Assembly (NCBI GenBank): GCA_041664205.1
Contig: JBAYLF010000004.1
Coordinates: forward strand, 12,297-76,296
Length of the DNA stretch: 64,000 nucleotides
DNA from: Minisyncoccota bacterium
Lineage (GTDB): Bacteria; Patescibacteriota; Minisyncoccia; Phycocordibacterales; JBAYLF01
Reading direction: 5' to 3'
Shown: one piece after another, positions 8,407-17,981 of the stretch
How the letters are laid out: each line of letters begins with the position of its first letter
Position numbering within the stretch: position 1 is the first letter of the stretch
Notes under the pieces: model-generated
Databases searched by the model: none
What the model was told of the DNA's origin: nothing
Seen by the model: the letters and a program-made list of their open reading frames with translations, nothing else
Position numbers and translations under genes: made by a program

Positions 8407-8913
8407 CTAAAATGAAATCTTTTTAGCTATATCACGCATATAACTTATTACCCAATTTTCCTCAAGATGAACTATTTGAATTCCAAGTTTACCACCTTGT
8501 TCGTGTTCCCATCTAGCACCAAATGAGGTTTCCCATGCTGGTAAAAAATAAAAGCTAGATATTTTTCTTGATTCAAAAATAGGTCCGTAAAAATCTTCGA
8601 GAATTGGTGTGCAATATCCAATGTTACCATTTCCTCGCCATATTTTAACCATTCTATGAAGCGCGTCTTCAAAAGGTATCTGATTAAATACGTTTATTCC
8701 CATTAATTCAAAAAACGCTATAGATAATGAAAAATATTCCGTATTCAAATCTACAGATCCAAAAATTCCACCTGTAGTAATAGGACCGCATACTTGTATT
8801 ATAGGCTTTGGCATATTATCCAAAATTTCCAAAGCAACGGGTGTGAGTTGGCTAAATTCAGTAGCATTTTCAACTCTTGTTAAACGATCAGCATTCCAGT
8901 ATTTAAGGTTCAT
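8407..8913 (-). CDS. hypothetical protein, possibly DUF4406-like (nucleoside 2-deoxyribosyltransferase-like fold)
   Basis: 168-aa ORF. The segment IQVCGPITTGG resembles the AGPhTG motif of that family. Weak assignment. Confidence 0.35.
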   Translation of the reverse strand: MNLKYWNADRLTRVENATEFSQLTPVALEILDNMPKPIIQVCGPITTGGIFGSVDLNTEYFSLSIAFFELMGINVFNQIPFEDALHRMVKIWRGNGNIGYCTPILEDFYGPIFESRKISSFYFLPAWETSFGARWEHEQGGKLGIQIVHLEENWVISYMRDIAKKISF

Positions 8914-8974
8914 ATTTCTTATTCCTATCTAAAAATAAGTGTAGTATACTAACGAATAATGTAAATAACGCACT

Positions 8975-9577
8975 ATGCAGAACACAGAAGAACGAAAAAA
9001 TCAATTAAAACAGATAAAAGACGAGGTTTTAAATCTAAAAAAATCTCCTTTGTATAACGAACGTGTAAAAAATAAAGTTTTCCCCGTAATAGGAGACGGA
9101 AGTCATTTTGCACACATAATGTTTGTAGGCGAAGCACCAGGAAAAAACGAGGCTGCAACTGGACGACCATTCTGTGGAGCTTCTGGAAAAATTTTAGATG
9201 AACTTCTAGAATCGGCAGGAATAAAAAGAGAAAGCGTTTACATAACAAACATCGTAAAAGACCGACCACCATTTAATCGCGACCCGCTACCAGATGAAAT
9301 AGAAATTTACGGACCATTTCTTGATAGACAAATTGAGATAATTAAACCGCCAGTTATCGCAACATTAGGGAGATACTCAATGACTTATATAATGAAAAAA
9401 TTCGGACTAGAGTTTGAATTAGAACCAATAAGTAAAGCACACGGCAAAGCGTATGAGACACAAACTAGTTATGGAAAAATCAAAATTATTCCGCTTTACC
9501 ATCCAGCAGTTGCAATATACAATTCGAATACTAAAGATACTTTAAAAAAAGATTTCGCAATACTAAAAAAATATTAA
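8975..9577 (+). CDS. udg: uracil-DNA glycosylase, family 4
   Basis: GEAPG motif (MFVGEAPGKNE) and GRPFCGASGKIL. Confidence 0.85.
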   Translation: MQNTEERKNQLKQIKDEVLNLKKSPLYNERVKNKVFPVIGDGSHFAHIMFVGEAPGKNEAATGRPFCGASGKILDELLESAGIKRESVYITNIVKDRPPFNRDPLPDEIEIYGPFLDRQIEIIKPPVIATLGRYSMTYIMKKFGLEFELEPISKAHGKAYETQTSYGKIKIIPLYHPAVAIYNSNTKDTLKKDFAILKKY

Positions 9578-9581
9578 AACG

Positions 9582-11351
9582 ATGACAAAAAATACTTCAA
9601 AAATAAAAACTGAATGGGATCTGGAACTTCTTTACAAAGACAAAGATCAAATACCAAAAGATATTGAGACGATAAAAAAAGCGTTCACAGACTTTGAATC
9701 AAATTGGAAAAACAGAAATGACTACTTAGAAAACGAGCAAATTCTCCAAGAAGCACTTCATGATATAGAAGCGCTTTCTTTGATAACAGATGGCTGCAAG
9801 CCTTTGATGTATTACAACTATCGCCAAGCATTGAACAGCCAAGACAAAGAAGCTGAAGCTGCCTTGAACAAGCTTTCAAATGAGCTAATGCCATACTTTA
9901 ACAAGTGCCTTTTCTTCAGTATAAAATTAGGAAAAATATCCAAAGACCAGCAAGAACATTTTCTAAAGGCGAACAATCTTTCAAAATATAAATATTTCTT
10001 AAAAGTTTTATTTAATAATGCACAATACGACTTATCTGAAGCTGAAGAAAAAATAATGAATTTAAAAAGCATCACGAGTAGGGAACTTTGGATAAACGGA
10101 TCAGACAAAATTTTAAACAAACAAACCATAAACTTCAAAGGCAAAAAATTGCCGATATCAGAAGCGTCAAATAAAGTTAGAGAGCTCCCAACCAAAGATC
10201 GATATGCTTTACATAATTTATACGTTCAAAAACTTGTAGAACTTAGCGACGTTGCCGAAAACGAAATAAACGCTATCGTAACAGACAAGAAAGTAAACGA
10301 CGAGCTCCGCGGTTTCAAAATGCCTTACAGTGCAACGATACTTGGATATCAGAACGAAGAAAGAGAAATTCTTAATCTTGTAGAGACAGTAACAAAAAAC
10401 TTCAGTATCAGCCACAGATTTTATAAATTAAAATCCAAACTTCTAAAACTAAAAAAACTAAAATACGCCGACCGCAGTGTTTCGGTAGGAAAAACCACAA
10501 AAAGTATCAGCTTCAACGATTCTTACAAGATTCTACAAAAGGCATTCGATAAAGCTGATCCGCAGTTTGCTGAAATCCTTAAGCACTTTGCAGAAAATGG
10601 ACAGATAGATGTAAAACCTAAAAAAGGAAAAACTGGCGGAGCGTTTTGTTCTTCTTCAACCGGCAATCCTACTTTTGTTCTACTTAATCACACGCCTTCC
10701 ATAAATTCCGCAATGACATTCGGTCACGAAATGGGACACGCTATACACGCTGAACTTTCAAAAAGCCAACCGATACTTTATCAAGGCCACACTATTTCTG
10801 TAGCAGAAGTAGCAAGCACTCTTTTTGAAAATTTTGTATTTGATGAAATATTTGAAACATTAAGCGAGAAAGAAAAAATAGTCGCAATGCACGACAGATT
10901 GAATGACGACATCGCAACGATCTTCAGACAGATCGCGTGTTTCAATTTTGAATTAGAACTGCACACAAAAATCCGTGAAAAAGGCGCATTACCGAAAGAA
11001 GAGATCGCTTCCTTGATGAATATTCATATGAAAAAATATTTAGGTCCATCGGTAGACCTAACCAAAGAAGACGGATACTTTTTTGTTTGGTGGTCACACA
11101 TCAGAAATTTCTTTTATGTTTACTCTTATGCTTACGGACAACTCATAAGCAAATCGCTTTATGCTGAATATAAAAAAGATCCTAAATTTATTGAAAAGAT
11201 AAAACAATTTTTGAGTGCCGGCGGAAGCAAGAGTCCTGAACAAATTTTTAAAGAAGTTGGAATAGATACAACAAATCCAAATTTCTTTGAATCAGGTTTA
11301 AAACAGATAGAAGAAGATATCAAAAAACTTGAGAAACTGACGGCTAAATAA
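9582..11351 (+). CDS. pepF: oligoendopeptidase F (M3 family metallopeptidase)
   Basis: HEMGH zinc motif (TFGHEMGHAIH). Length and layout typical of M3B PepF. Confidence 0.8.
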   Translation: MTKNTSKIKTEWDLELLYKDKDQIPKDIETIKKAFTDFESNWKNRNDYLENEQILQEALHDIEALSLITDGCKPLMYYNYRQALNSQDKEAEAALNKLSNELMPYFNKCLFFSIKLGKISKDQQEHFLKANNLSKYKYFLKVLFNNAQYDLSEAEEKIMNLKSITSRELWINGSDKILNKQTINFKGKKLPISEASNKVRELPTKDRYALHNLYVQKLVELSDVAENEINAIVTDKKVNDELRGFKMPYSATILGYQNEEREILNLVETVTKNFSISHRFYKLKSKLLKLKKLKYADRSVSVGKTTKSISFNDSYKILQKAFDKADPQFAEILKHFAENGQIDVKPKKGKTGGAFCSSSTGNPTFVLLNHTPSINSAMTFGHEMGHAIHAELSKSQPILYQGHTISVAEVASTLFENFVFDEIFETLSEKEKIVAMHDRLNDDIATIFRQIACFNFELELHTKIREKGALPKEEIASLMNIHMKKYLGPSVDLTKEDGYFFVWWSHIRNFFYVYSYAYGQLISKSLYAEYKKDPKFIEKIKQFLSAGGSKSPEQIFKEVGIDTTNPNFFESGLKQIEEDIKKLEKLTAK

Positions 11352-11386
11352 TTTTTCAGATTTTCAAGTTATGTTATAGTATTTTT

Positions 11387-13213
11387 ATGAAATCAGACGA
11401 AATCAGAAGTAGATTTTTAGAATTTTTTAAAAAAAGGGGACACGCCATTATCCCTTCGGCTTCTTTAGTGCCTGAAAATGATCCGTCTGTGCTTTTTACA
11501 ACTGCCGGAATGCAACCGCTCGTGCCATATCTATTAGGCGAAAAACATCCCGCGGGCAACAAACTAGCAGATGTTCAAAAATGCATCCGCACGCAAGATA
11601 TTGATGAAGTGGGAGACAACACCCACGACACTTTCTTTGAAATGCTCGGAAATTGGTCACTTGGAGATTATTTCAAAAAAGACGCGATTAAGTGGAGTTA
11701 CGAATTTTTAACCTCAAAAGAAGAAGGGCTAGGACTTGATCCTAAACGCCTTTACATAACAGTATTTGAAGGTGATGAAAACGCGCCACAAGACACGGAG
11801 TCAGAAGAAATCTGGATAAACGCAGGAATACCTAAAAACCGGATTTACACTCTTCCTGCCAGCAAAAACTGGTGGAGTGCGGGAGAAAATGGCCCATGCG
11901 GTCCGGATACCGAAATGTATTACGATATCACGCCAGAAGGTCTTGGAGACTTAAGTTTTGAAGAATTTGCAAAAGCAGACGAAGAACAGAAAGTCATTGA
12001 AATCTGGAATGATGTTTTCATGGAATATTTAAAGAAAGATGGAAAAGTTGTAGGAAAACTGAACCAGCAAAATGTAGATACTGGCGCAGGACTCGAACGT
12101 ATGGCAACAGTTTTACAGAAAAAAGATAATGTTTTTGATACAGATTTATTTGAGCCGATAATGAAAAAAATTGATGAACTTGCTTCTGTAGACAACCTGC
12201 GCGCGCGACGAATTGTAGCTGACCATATCCGAACAAGCACTTTTGTTATTGCCGACGGAGTAACTCCGTCAAACACCGATCGCGGTTACATATTAAGAAG
12301 ACTTTTGAGACGAGCTGTTCGATACGCCGATGTGTTGAATATAAAAAACGGAGGACTTTCCGAAATATCCGAAACAGTTATTGAAAAATACAAGCATGTT
12401 TATCCAAATCTCGAAGAAGAAAAAAACAAGATAAAATCCGAAATAAACAGAGAAGAAGAAAAATTCAGACAAACTCTTGAACGAGCTATAAAAGAATTCG
12501 ATAAATCGGAATGGCGAGGTATACCAGATGAAAAAATTCCCAACAGAGGAGCTTTTTCTGGTCATGCTGCAAAAGTTTTACCAGGTGAAATTGTTTTTAA
12601 TCTTTATCAATCATACGGTCTACCAATAGAACTCACAGAAGAATTAGCCAAGGAAAAAGGGCTGTTGGTCAGTAGAGAAGATTTTAATCGTAGAATGAGT
12701 GAACACCAAGAACTTTCGCGAACAGGAGCAGAAAAGAAATTCAAAGGCGGTCTTGCTGATACAAGCGAGATCTCAGTCAAATATCACACAGCCACTCACA
12801 TGCTAAATGCCGCTCTAAGACAAGTTTTAGGTGATCATATAATGCAAAAGGGAAGTAACATCACAGTTGAGAGACTTCGCTTTGACTTCTCACATCCACA
12901 AAAAGTCACACCTGAAGAACTCAAAAAAGTGGAGGATATTGTAAATCAAAAAATAAAAGAAGCTTTGCCAGTAACTTATCAAGAAATACCAAAAGAAGAA
13001 GCTGAAAAAACCGGCGCGATCCACGCATTCGGTGAGAAGTATGGAGATATGGTAAAAGTCTACACAATTGGAAATGAAGAATTGGGGATTTTCAGTCGCG
13101 AATTCTGCGGAGGACCTCACGTATCAAACACTTCCGAACTTGGCTCGTTTAAAATCACAAAAGAAGAAGCTGTGTCAGCTGGAGTGAGAAGAATTAAAGC
13201 CGTATTAGAATAA
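11387..13213 (+). CDS. alaS: alanine--tRNA ligase, short form (catalytic, tRNA-recognition and editing domains; no C-Ala domain)
   Basis: N-terminus FLEFFKKRGH...FTTAGMQP is diagnostic for AlaRS. The editing motifs HTATHML and CGGPHV are present. It is 608 aa where AlaRS is typically about 870 aa. Confidence 0.85.
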   Translation: MKSDEIRSRFLEFFKKRGHAIIPSASLVPENDPSVLFTTAGMQPLVPYLLGEKHPAGNKLADVQKCIRTQDIDEVGDNTHDTFFEMLGNWSLGDYFKKDAIKWSYEFLTSKEEGLGLDPKRLYITVFEGDENAPQDTESEEIWINAGIPKNRIYTLPASKNWWSAGENGPCGPDTEMYYDITPEGLGDLSFEEFAKADEEQKVIEIWNDVFMEYLKKDGKVVGKLNQQNVDTGAGLERMATVLQKKDNVFDTDLFEPIMKKIDELASVDNLRARRIVADHIRTSTFVIADGVTPSNTDRGYILRRLLRRAVRYADVLNIKNGGLSEISETVIEKYKHVYPNLEEEKNKIKSEINREEEKFRQTLERAIKEFDKSEWRGIPDEKIPNRGAFSGHAAKVLPGEIVFNLYQSYGLPIELTEELAKEKGLLVSREDFNRRMSEHQELSRTGAEKKFKGGLADTSEISVKYHTATHMLNAALRQVLGDHIMQKGSNITVERLRFDFSHPQKVTPEELKKVEDIVNQKIKEALPVTYQEIPKEEAEKTGAIHAFGEKYGDMVKVYTIGNEELGIFSREFCGGPHVSNTSELGSFKITKEEAVSAGVRRIKAVLE

Positions 13214-13231
13214 AAATCACAGTTTTGGCAA

Positions 13232-13268
13232 AGCCCCGAATTTTTTTCAAAAAATTCGGGGCTTTTGC
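13232..13268 (+). terminator. rho-independent terminator
   Basis: aagccccgaatttttt/aaaattcggggctttt hairpin followed by a T-run. Confidence 0.7.
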
Positions 13269-13296
13269 ACACTTTTTGTAGATTTATTTATTTTTA

Positions 13297-14526
13297 ATGT
13301 GTTACAATATAAGCATGATTCGGTCTCTTTTTAAAAAAATAGATTATGAAATTGTTCTTATTTTTGATATAGGAAGTGGAAGTGTAGAAGGTTCGATTGT
13401 AAAATTAGTAAAAAATGCGCTTCCAGAAATTTTGTATTCCTATAGAGCAGATCTTCCATTCAGAAAAACACGAAATGCAGAAAAGCTTACACTACTTATA
13501 TTCCAAGAATTAAAAAGCGTAGCAGCGCATCTATCAAAAGAAGGATTAAAACACCCTAATTTTACTAAATTAGAAAATAAAAAGATTGTAAAAAGCTTTT
13601 TAGTTTTTTCTTCTCCGTGGACACTCAATAAAACAAAAATCGTAACAATTTCAAACAAAAAAGAATTTCTAGTGGATAGCAATCTAGTTGATAAAACTAT
13701 TGAAAACGAAGAAAAAAATATTTTTGAATCTTTTCCAGAGTATGAATCGGAATCTTTGCAAATTATAGAAAAAAAAGCAGTTAGTATACTTCTAAATGGA
13801 TACGAAACCACTCTGCCTTATGGGCAAAAAACTAATGAAATCACAATGACCTTAGTTTTTAGCTTAATAACCCGCAGTTTAGCAGAGAAGTGCGAAGAAA
13901 TTACAAAAAAATATTTTCCTTTTACCCCCTCTGAAATTCTTTCTTTTTCAATGGTTTCATTTACCACACTTAGAGACATGTTTCCGGAAGAAAGAAACTT
14001 TATGCTTTTAGACATAGGATCTGAAGTGACGGAAATAACAATAGTTAGAAATAACGCAATAAACGAAGTAATCTCATTTCCTTCCGGAAAAAACCTACTA
14101 ATTCGCAACGTTATTTCAAAAATGAAGATAGAACACGAGATGGCGCTTTCACTATTAAATACATGGCTTGAAAAGCACACTGACCATATCTCTTCTAAAA
14201 AAGTATCTGATATAATCTCAGATACAGAAAAAGAATGGATATCAAGTTTTCAAAAAGCAGTGCTTTCTGATGAAAATAAGTTTTCCATCCCGCAAACCAT
14301 CTTTATAACAGCAGACAGTAATTCTGGAGAAGTTTTTGCACAATTTCTCAAAAACGAAAACATTGCACAATTCAATAAAACTCAAGGAAAATTCAAAACA
14401 TGGGTTATAGATAGAGAAAAACTACTTACAAAATGCATATGGAGAATTCCACATAGTAGCGAACCTTTCATTGCAATAGAAAGCATTTTTCTAAACAAAA
14501 TATTCAATTCGGATAAACAAAAATAA
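13297..14526 (+). CDS. actin-like ATPase fold protein (FtsA/PilM superfamily)
   Basis: Two phosphate-binding motifs: LIFDIGSGSVEGSIV and MLLDIGSEVTEITIV. The likely true start is the Met at 13315. Confidence 0.5.
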   Translation: MCYNISMIRSLFKKIDYEIVLIFDIGSGSVEGSIVKLVKNALPEILYSYRADLPFRKTRNAEKLTLLIFQELKSVAAHLSKEGLKHPNFTKLENKKIVKSFLVFSSPWTLNKTKIVTISNKKEFLVDSNLVDKTIENEEKNIFESFPEYESESLQIIEKKAVSILLNGYETTLPYGQKTNEITMTLVFSLITRSLAEKCEEITKKYFPFTPSEILSFSMVSFTTLRDMFPEERNFMLLDIGSEVTEITIVRNNAINEVISFPSGKNLLIRNVISKMKIEHEMALSLLNTWLEKHTDHISSKKVSDIISDTEKEWISSFQKAVLSDENKFSIPQTIFITADSNSGEVFAQFLKNENIAQFNKTQGKFKTWVIDREKLLTKCIWRIPHSSEPFIAIESIFLNKIFNSDKQK

Positions 14527-14544
14527 TTTTTTATTTTAAAGACA

Positions 14545-15942
14545 ATGCATAAAAAAATTCAAGATATTGTTATACCAAAAAAATCAATAAGAAATATTGC
14601 TATTCCTGAGCATAAAAAAACTTTTTTAGAAATTGAACCTGAACCAGTGCAAAGAAAAAAAGAAGAGGATAAAGATCAACCAAACATAATAAAGGTGCAC
14701 AAGGAAAAAATTGAAAAACACGATCTAGAAAAAGAATTAAAAAAGCATACATCCTATAAAAGACCTGACATACAAAAAAGCAAATTAAAATATTTGCTTT
14801 TAATTCCAGCAACTATCTTAATATTTTTTATTTTTTATTTTTTACTAGGAAAATTTAACGAAGTAATTGTTTATATAAATCCCAGACAAGAAACTGTTCA
14901 AATAAATAATTCTTTTTCTGCTCATAGCGCACCAGGTTCAGAAGTTCTTTCTTATAATGTAGTAACAATAAATGAAGAAATGATCGAAAATGTAGATCCT
15001 ACTGGAGAAAAAACTGGCGAATCACAATCAAGAGGACGTGTTGTTATCTACAACAATTATTCAAAAGCCAGCCAGAGATTAGTAAGAAACACAAGGCTAG
15101 AAACTCAAGATGGACTAATATATAAAATCATTGATTCAGTTACAATTCCAGGAAAAACTGTCGCAAATGGCAAAGATGTAGCTGGAAGCATAGAAGTTGA
15201 TGCTTTAGCTGAAAGTCCGGGGCCAGATTACAACATAGGCTTAGCAGATTTTACAATTCCAGGATTCAAAAGTGATCCTGAAAAATACAAAAATTTTTAC
15301 GCAAGATCAAAAACAAAAATGACTGGCGGTTATTCAGGTTTAATAAAGATCGTTTCAGACGAAAAAACTACAGAGGTTAGAAATAGACTTCAGACACAAT
15401 TAAAAGATGAACTCATAAAGAAAGTAAAGTCTCAAACTCCAGAAAATTTTATAACTTTTAATAACGCACAATTTTTCGAATTTGCTTCCGACGATCCTAT
15501 CTTGAACGGAAGCACTTTTACAATTAAACAAAGTGCTACTGTCTATGCTCTTATTTTCAAGAAAGATGATATTATGTCGATAATCGCTAAATCAAATATA
15601 AAAAATTATGACGGATTGCCAATAGAGATGCCCGATATTCAAAACGCTAATTTTGAATTAGTAACAAAGCAAGATAAAAAATCACAGGAAAACCTCACTC
15701 CGATCTGGAAAAGAGATGTTATCGATTTTACCTTAAAGGGAAAAACTGAAACTCTGTGGAAAACTGACGAAGACGCTTTCAAGAAAGATCTTGTTGGAAA
15801 AAATAGAAGCGAGTTAAATAGTGTAGTTTCAAAATATAAAGGAATAAAAAACATCCAAGTAGTAATAAAGCCATTCTGGTTACAGACATTTCCAGATGAT
15901 CCTCAGAAAATAAAGTTTCAAGGAGGCACTTACAATAATTAA
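14545..15942 (+). CDS. hypothetical single-pass membrane protein (Lys-rich cytoplasmic N-terminus, large extracytoplasmic domain)
   Basis: One TM helix (LLLIPATILIFFIFYFLLG). No family recognised. Adjacent to the actin-like ATPase gene. Confidence 0.5.
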   Translation: MHKKIQDIVIPKKSIRNIAIPEHKKTFLEIEPEPVQRKKEEDKDQPNIIKVHKEKIEKHDLEKELKKHTSYKRPDIQKSKLKYLLLIPATILIFFIFYFLLGKFNEVIVYINPRQETVQINNSFSAHSAPGSEVLSYNVVTINEEMIENVDPTGEKTGESQSRGRVVIYNNYSKASQRLVRNTRLETQDGLIYKIIDSVTIPGKTVANGKDVAGSIEVDALAESPGPDYNIGLADFTIPGFKSDPEKYKNFYARSKTKMTGGYSGLIKIVSDEKTTEVRNRLQTQLKDELIKKVKSQTPENFITFNNAQFFEFASDDPILNGSTFTIKQSATVYALIFKKDDIMSIIAKSNIKNYDGLPIEMPDIQNANFELVTKQDKKSQENLTPIWKRDVIDFTLKGKTETLWKTDEDAFKKDLVGKNRSELNSVVSKYKGIKNIQVVIKPFWLQTFPDDPQKIKFQGGTYNN

Positions 15943-16067
15943 AAACTAACTTAAAAATGGTCAATTTTAAGTTAAATTATAAAAATAAAAGCATTAAAAT
16001 CGATTGCTAGTCAAAAGGGGTTGACTAAATAACCCTATTTTTGCTAGTATAACAAGACTGTTTTACA

Positions 16068-16286
16068 ATGGAAAATAAAAAAGACAAAGTCCAGGGTACC
16101 ACAGGTGTGGTTATAGAGGCTCTTCCTAATACCTTTTTTAAGGTCAGATTAGAAGACGGCAGCGAAATAATGACCTATCTTTCAGGAAAGATGAGGTTAA
16201 ATCGCATTCGAGTTCTAATAGGGGATAGAGTTTACGTTGAACTTGACCCTTACGGAGGAAAAGGAAGGGTATCAAAAAGACTCTAA
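16068..16286 (+). CDS. infA: translation initiation factor IF-1
   Basis: 72 aa. S1-like OB fold sequence: [29 protein letters not shown]. Confidence 0.9.
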   Translation: MENKKDKVQGTTGVVIEALPNTFFKVRLEDGSEIMTYLSGKMRLNRIRVLIGDRVYVELDPYGGKGRVSKRL

Positions 16287-16305
16287 AAAACAAAACAATT
16301 TATAT

Positions 16306-16422
16306 ATGAAAGTAAAAGCATCGGTAAAAAAAATGTGTCCACAATGTAAAGTAGTCAGAAGAAAGGGCTACATTTATGTTATATGTAAAAGCAATCCAAA
16401 GCATAAACAACGCCAAGGATAA
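16306..16422 (+). CDS. rpmJ: 50S ribosomal protein L36
   Basis: 38-aa [21 protein letters not shown]... with the CxxC...C zinc ribbon. Start at the internal Met of the track ORF. Confidence 0.9.
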   Translation: MKVKASVKKMCPQCKVVRRKGYIYVICKSNPKHKQRQG

Positions 16423-16443
16423 TAATAAATTAAATTTAAAAGC

Positions 16444-16824
16444 ATGCGTATATCAGGTATAACAATTCCAGAAGAAAAAAGACTAGAGATCGCTCTTACA
16501 TCAGTTTTTGGTATAGGCCGACCTAGAGCTCAATACTTACTAGAAAAGGCTGGCATTGATTTCGGAAAGAAATCAAAAGATCTAACAGTAAATGAAGAAA
16601 ACGATATAAGAAAGATAATAGAAGAAGAATTCAAAATTGAAGGAGACCTAAAAAGAGAGGTTGCCGGAAACATCAAGCGACTAAAGGATATAAAGTGCTA
16701 CAGAGGTTCAAGACACACAAAAAGACTTCCAGTGCGAGGACAAAGAACAAAGACCAACGCAAGAACATGGAAGGGAGAGAAAAAGACCATGGGAACAGGA
16801 AGAAGAAAAGTTGAAAAGAAATAA
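16444..16824 (+). CDS. rpsM: 30S ribosomal protein S13
   Basis: MRISGITIP...ALTSVFGIGRPRA is canonical S13. Confidence 0.9.
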   Translation: MRISGITIPEEKRLEIALTSVFGIGRPRAQYLLEKAGIDFGKKSKDLTVNEENDIRKIIEEEFKIEGDLKREVAGNIKRLKDIKCYRGSRHTKRLPVRGQRTKTNARTWKGEKKTMGTGRRKVEKK

Positions 16825-16835
16825 TTTTTAATATT

Positions 16836-17264
16836 ATGGGAAAAAAACGTATTGTAAAAAAATCAGATAGCGATAAGGAGGTTTCAAAAAGTAACTCATC
16901 TTCCATATCAAAAAGACATTTAGAAAATGGCATTTTTTATGTTAATTCAACTTACAACAATACTCTAGTATCACTTACAGATCCTAAGGGAAATATAATC
17001 TGTGCATCATCAAGTGGCGCATTAGGCTTCAGTGGCACAAAGAAAGGAACACCATTTGCAGCAGCAAAAGCAGGTGAATTGATTGGTTCAAAGGCTCAAT
17101 TGATGGGAATGAAAGAAGCTTTAGTTATTGTTAAGGGAATCGGAGCTGGAAGAGAATCTGCAATAAGAAGCTTCGCAGGAAAAGGCATAAATATTTCAGA
17201 GATCAGAGACATAACACCGGTTGCTTTTAATGGACCAAAACCTAAAAAACCAAGACGAGTATAA
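16836..17264 (+). CDS. rpsK: 30S ribosomal protein S11
   Basis: The TYNNTLVSLTD...GALGFSG...TPFAA motifs are canonical S11. Confidence 0.9.
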   Translation: MGKKRIVKKSDSDKEVSKSNSSSISKRHLENGIFYVNSTYNNTLVSLTDPKGNIICASSSGALGFSGTKKGTPFAAAKAGELIGSKAQLMGMKEALVIVKGIGAGRESAIRSFAGKGINISEIRDITPVAFNGPKPKKPRRV

Positions 17265-17292
17265 TTTATTACATTAGCTTTTTATAATCTTT

Positions 17293-17907
17293 ATGAAGAT
17301 CGGATCAAAATTTAAAATAGCAAGAAGATTGGGTGCCCCAATATTTGAAAAATGCCAAACAGAAAAGTTTGCGCTATCTTTATCAAGAAAATCAAAAACA
17401 AAGAAAACTGGAAGAAGGGGACCTTTAACTGACTTCGGAGCACAACTTATTGAAAAACAAAAAGCTCGTCTTACATATGGACTTTCAGAAAGACAATTTT
17501 CTAAATACGTTAAGGAGGTTATAGAAAAAAAATATCAAAAACAAGATGAGAAATTGTCTGAAGCTCTCGAATCAAGATTAGACAATGTTGTATACAGATT
17601 AGGCATAGCACCAACAAGAAGATCTGGTCGCCAATTTGTTTCTCATGGACATTTAATGGTAAATGGAAAAAAGGTAACAATACCTTCATATAGCGTTAAA
17701 AAAGGAGAAAAAATCGCAATTCGCGATGGAAGCAAAGAACACCATTTTGCAAAATCTATAAAAGAAAGATACGCAAACTGGAATCCACCTTCATGGTTGG
17801 CTTTCAATCCAGTAGCAATGACAGGAGAGATAAAAGGCGTGCCTCATTACGAACCACACGAACAATTATTCGATTTAAAAGCAATTTTGGAGTTCTACAG
17901 AAGATAG
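17293..17907 (+). CDS. rpsD: 30S ribosomal protein S4
   Basis: N-terminal S4 signature and the S4 RNA-binding domain (VVYRLG...RQFVSHGH). Confidence 0.9.
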   Translation: MKIGSKFKIARRLGAPIFEKCQTEKFALSLSRKSKTKKTGRRGPLTDFGAQLIEKQKARLTYGLSERQFSKYVKEVIEKKYQKQDEKLSEALESRLDNVVYRLGIAPTRRSGRQFVSHGHLMVNGKKVTIPSYSVKKGEKIAIRDGSKEHHFAKSIKERYANWNPPSWLAFNPVAMTGEIKGVPHYEPHEQLFDLKAILEFYRR

Positions 17908-17981
17908 TCACAGTTTTATTTGCTTTTTTAAAGAAAGTAATGTATAATTTAAAAACTTTATTATAACTAAAATAATTATTT

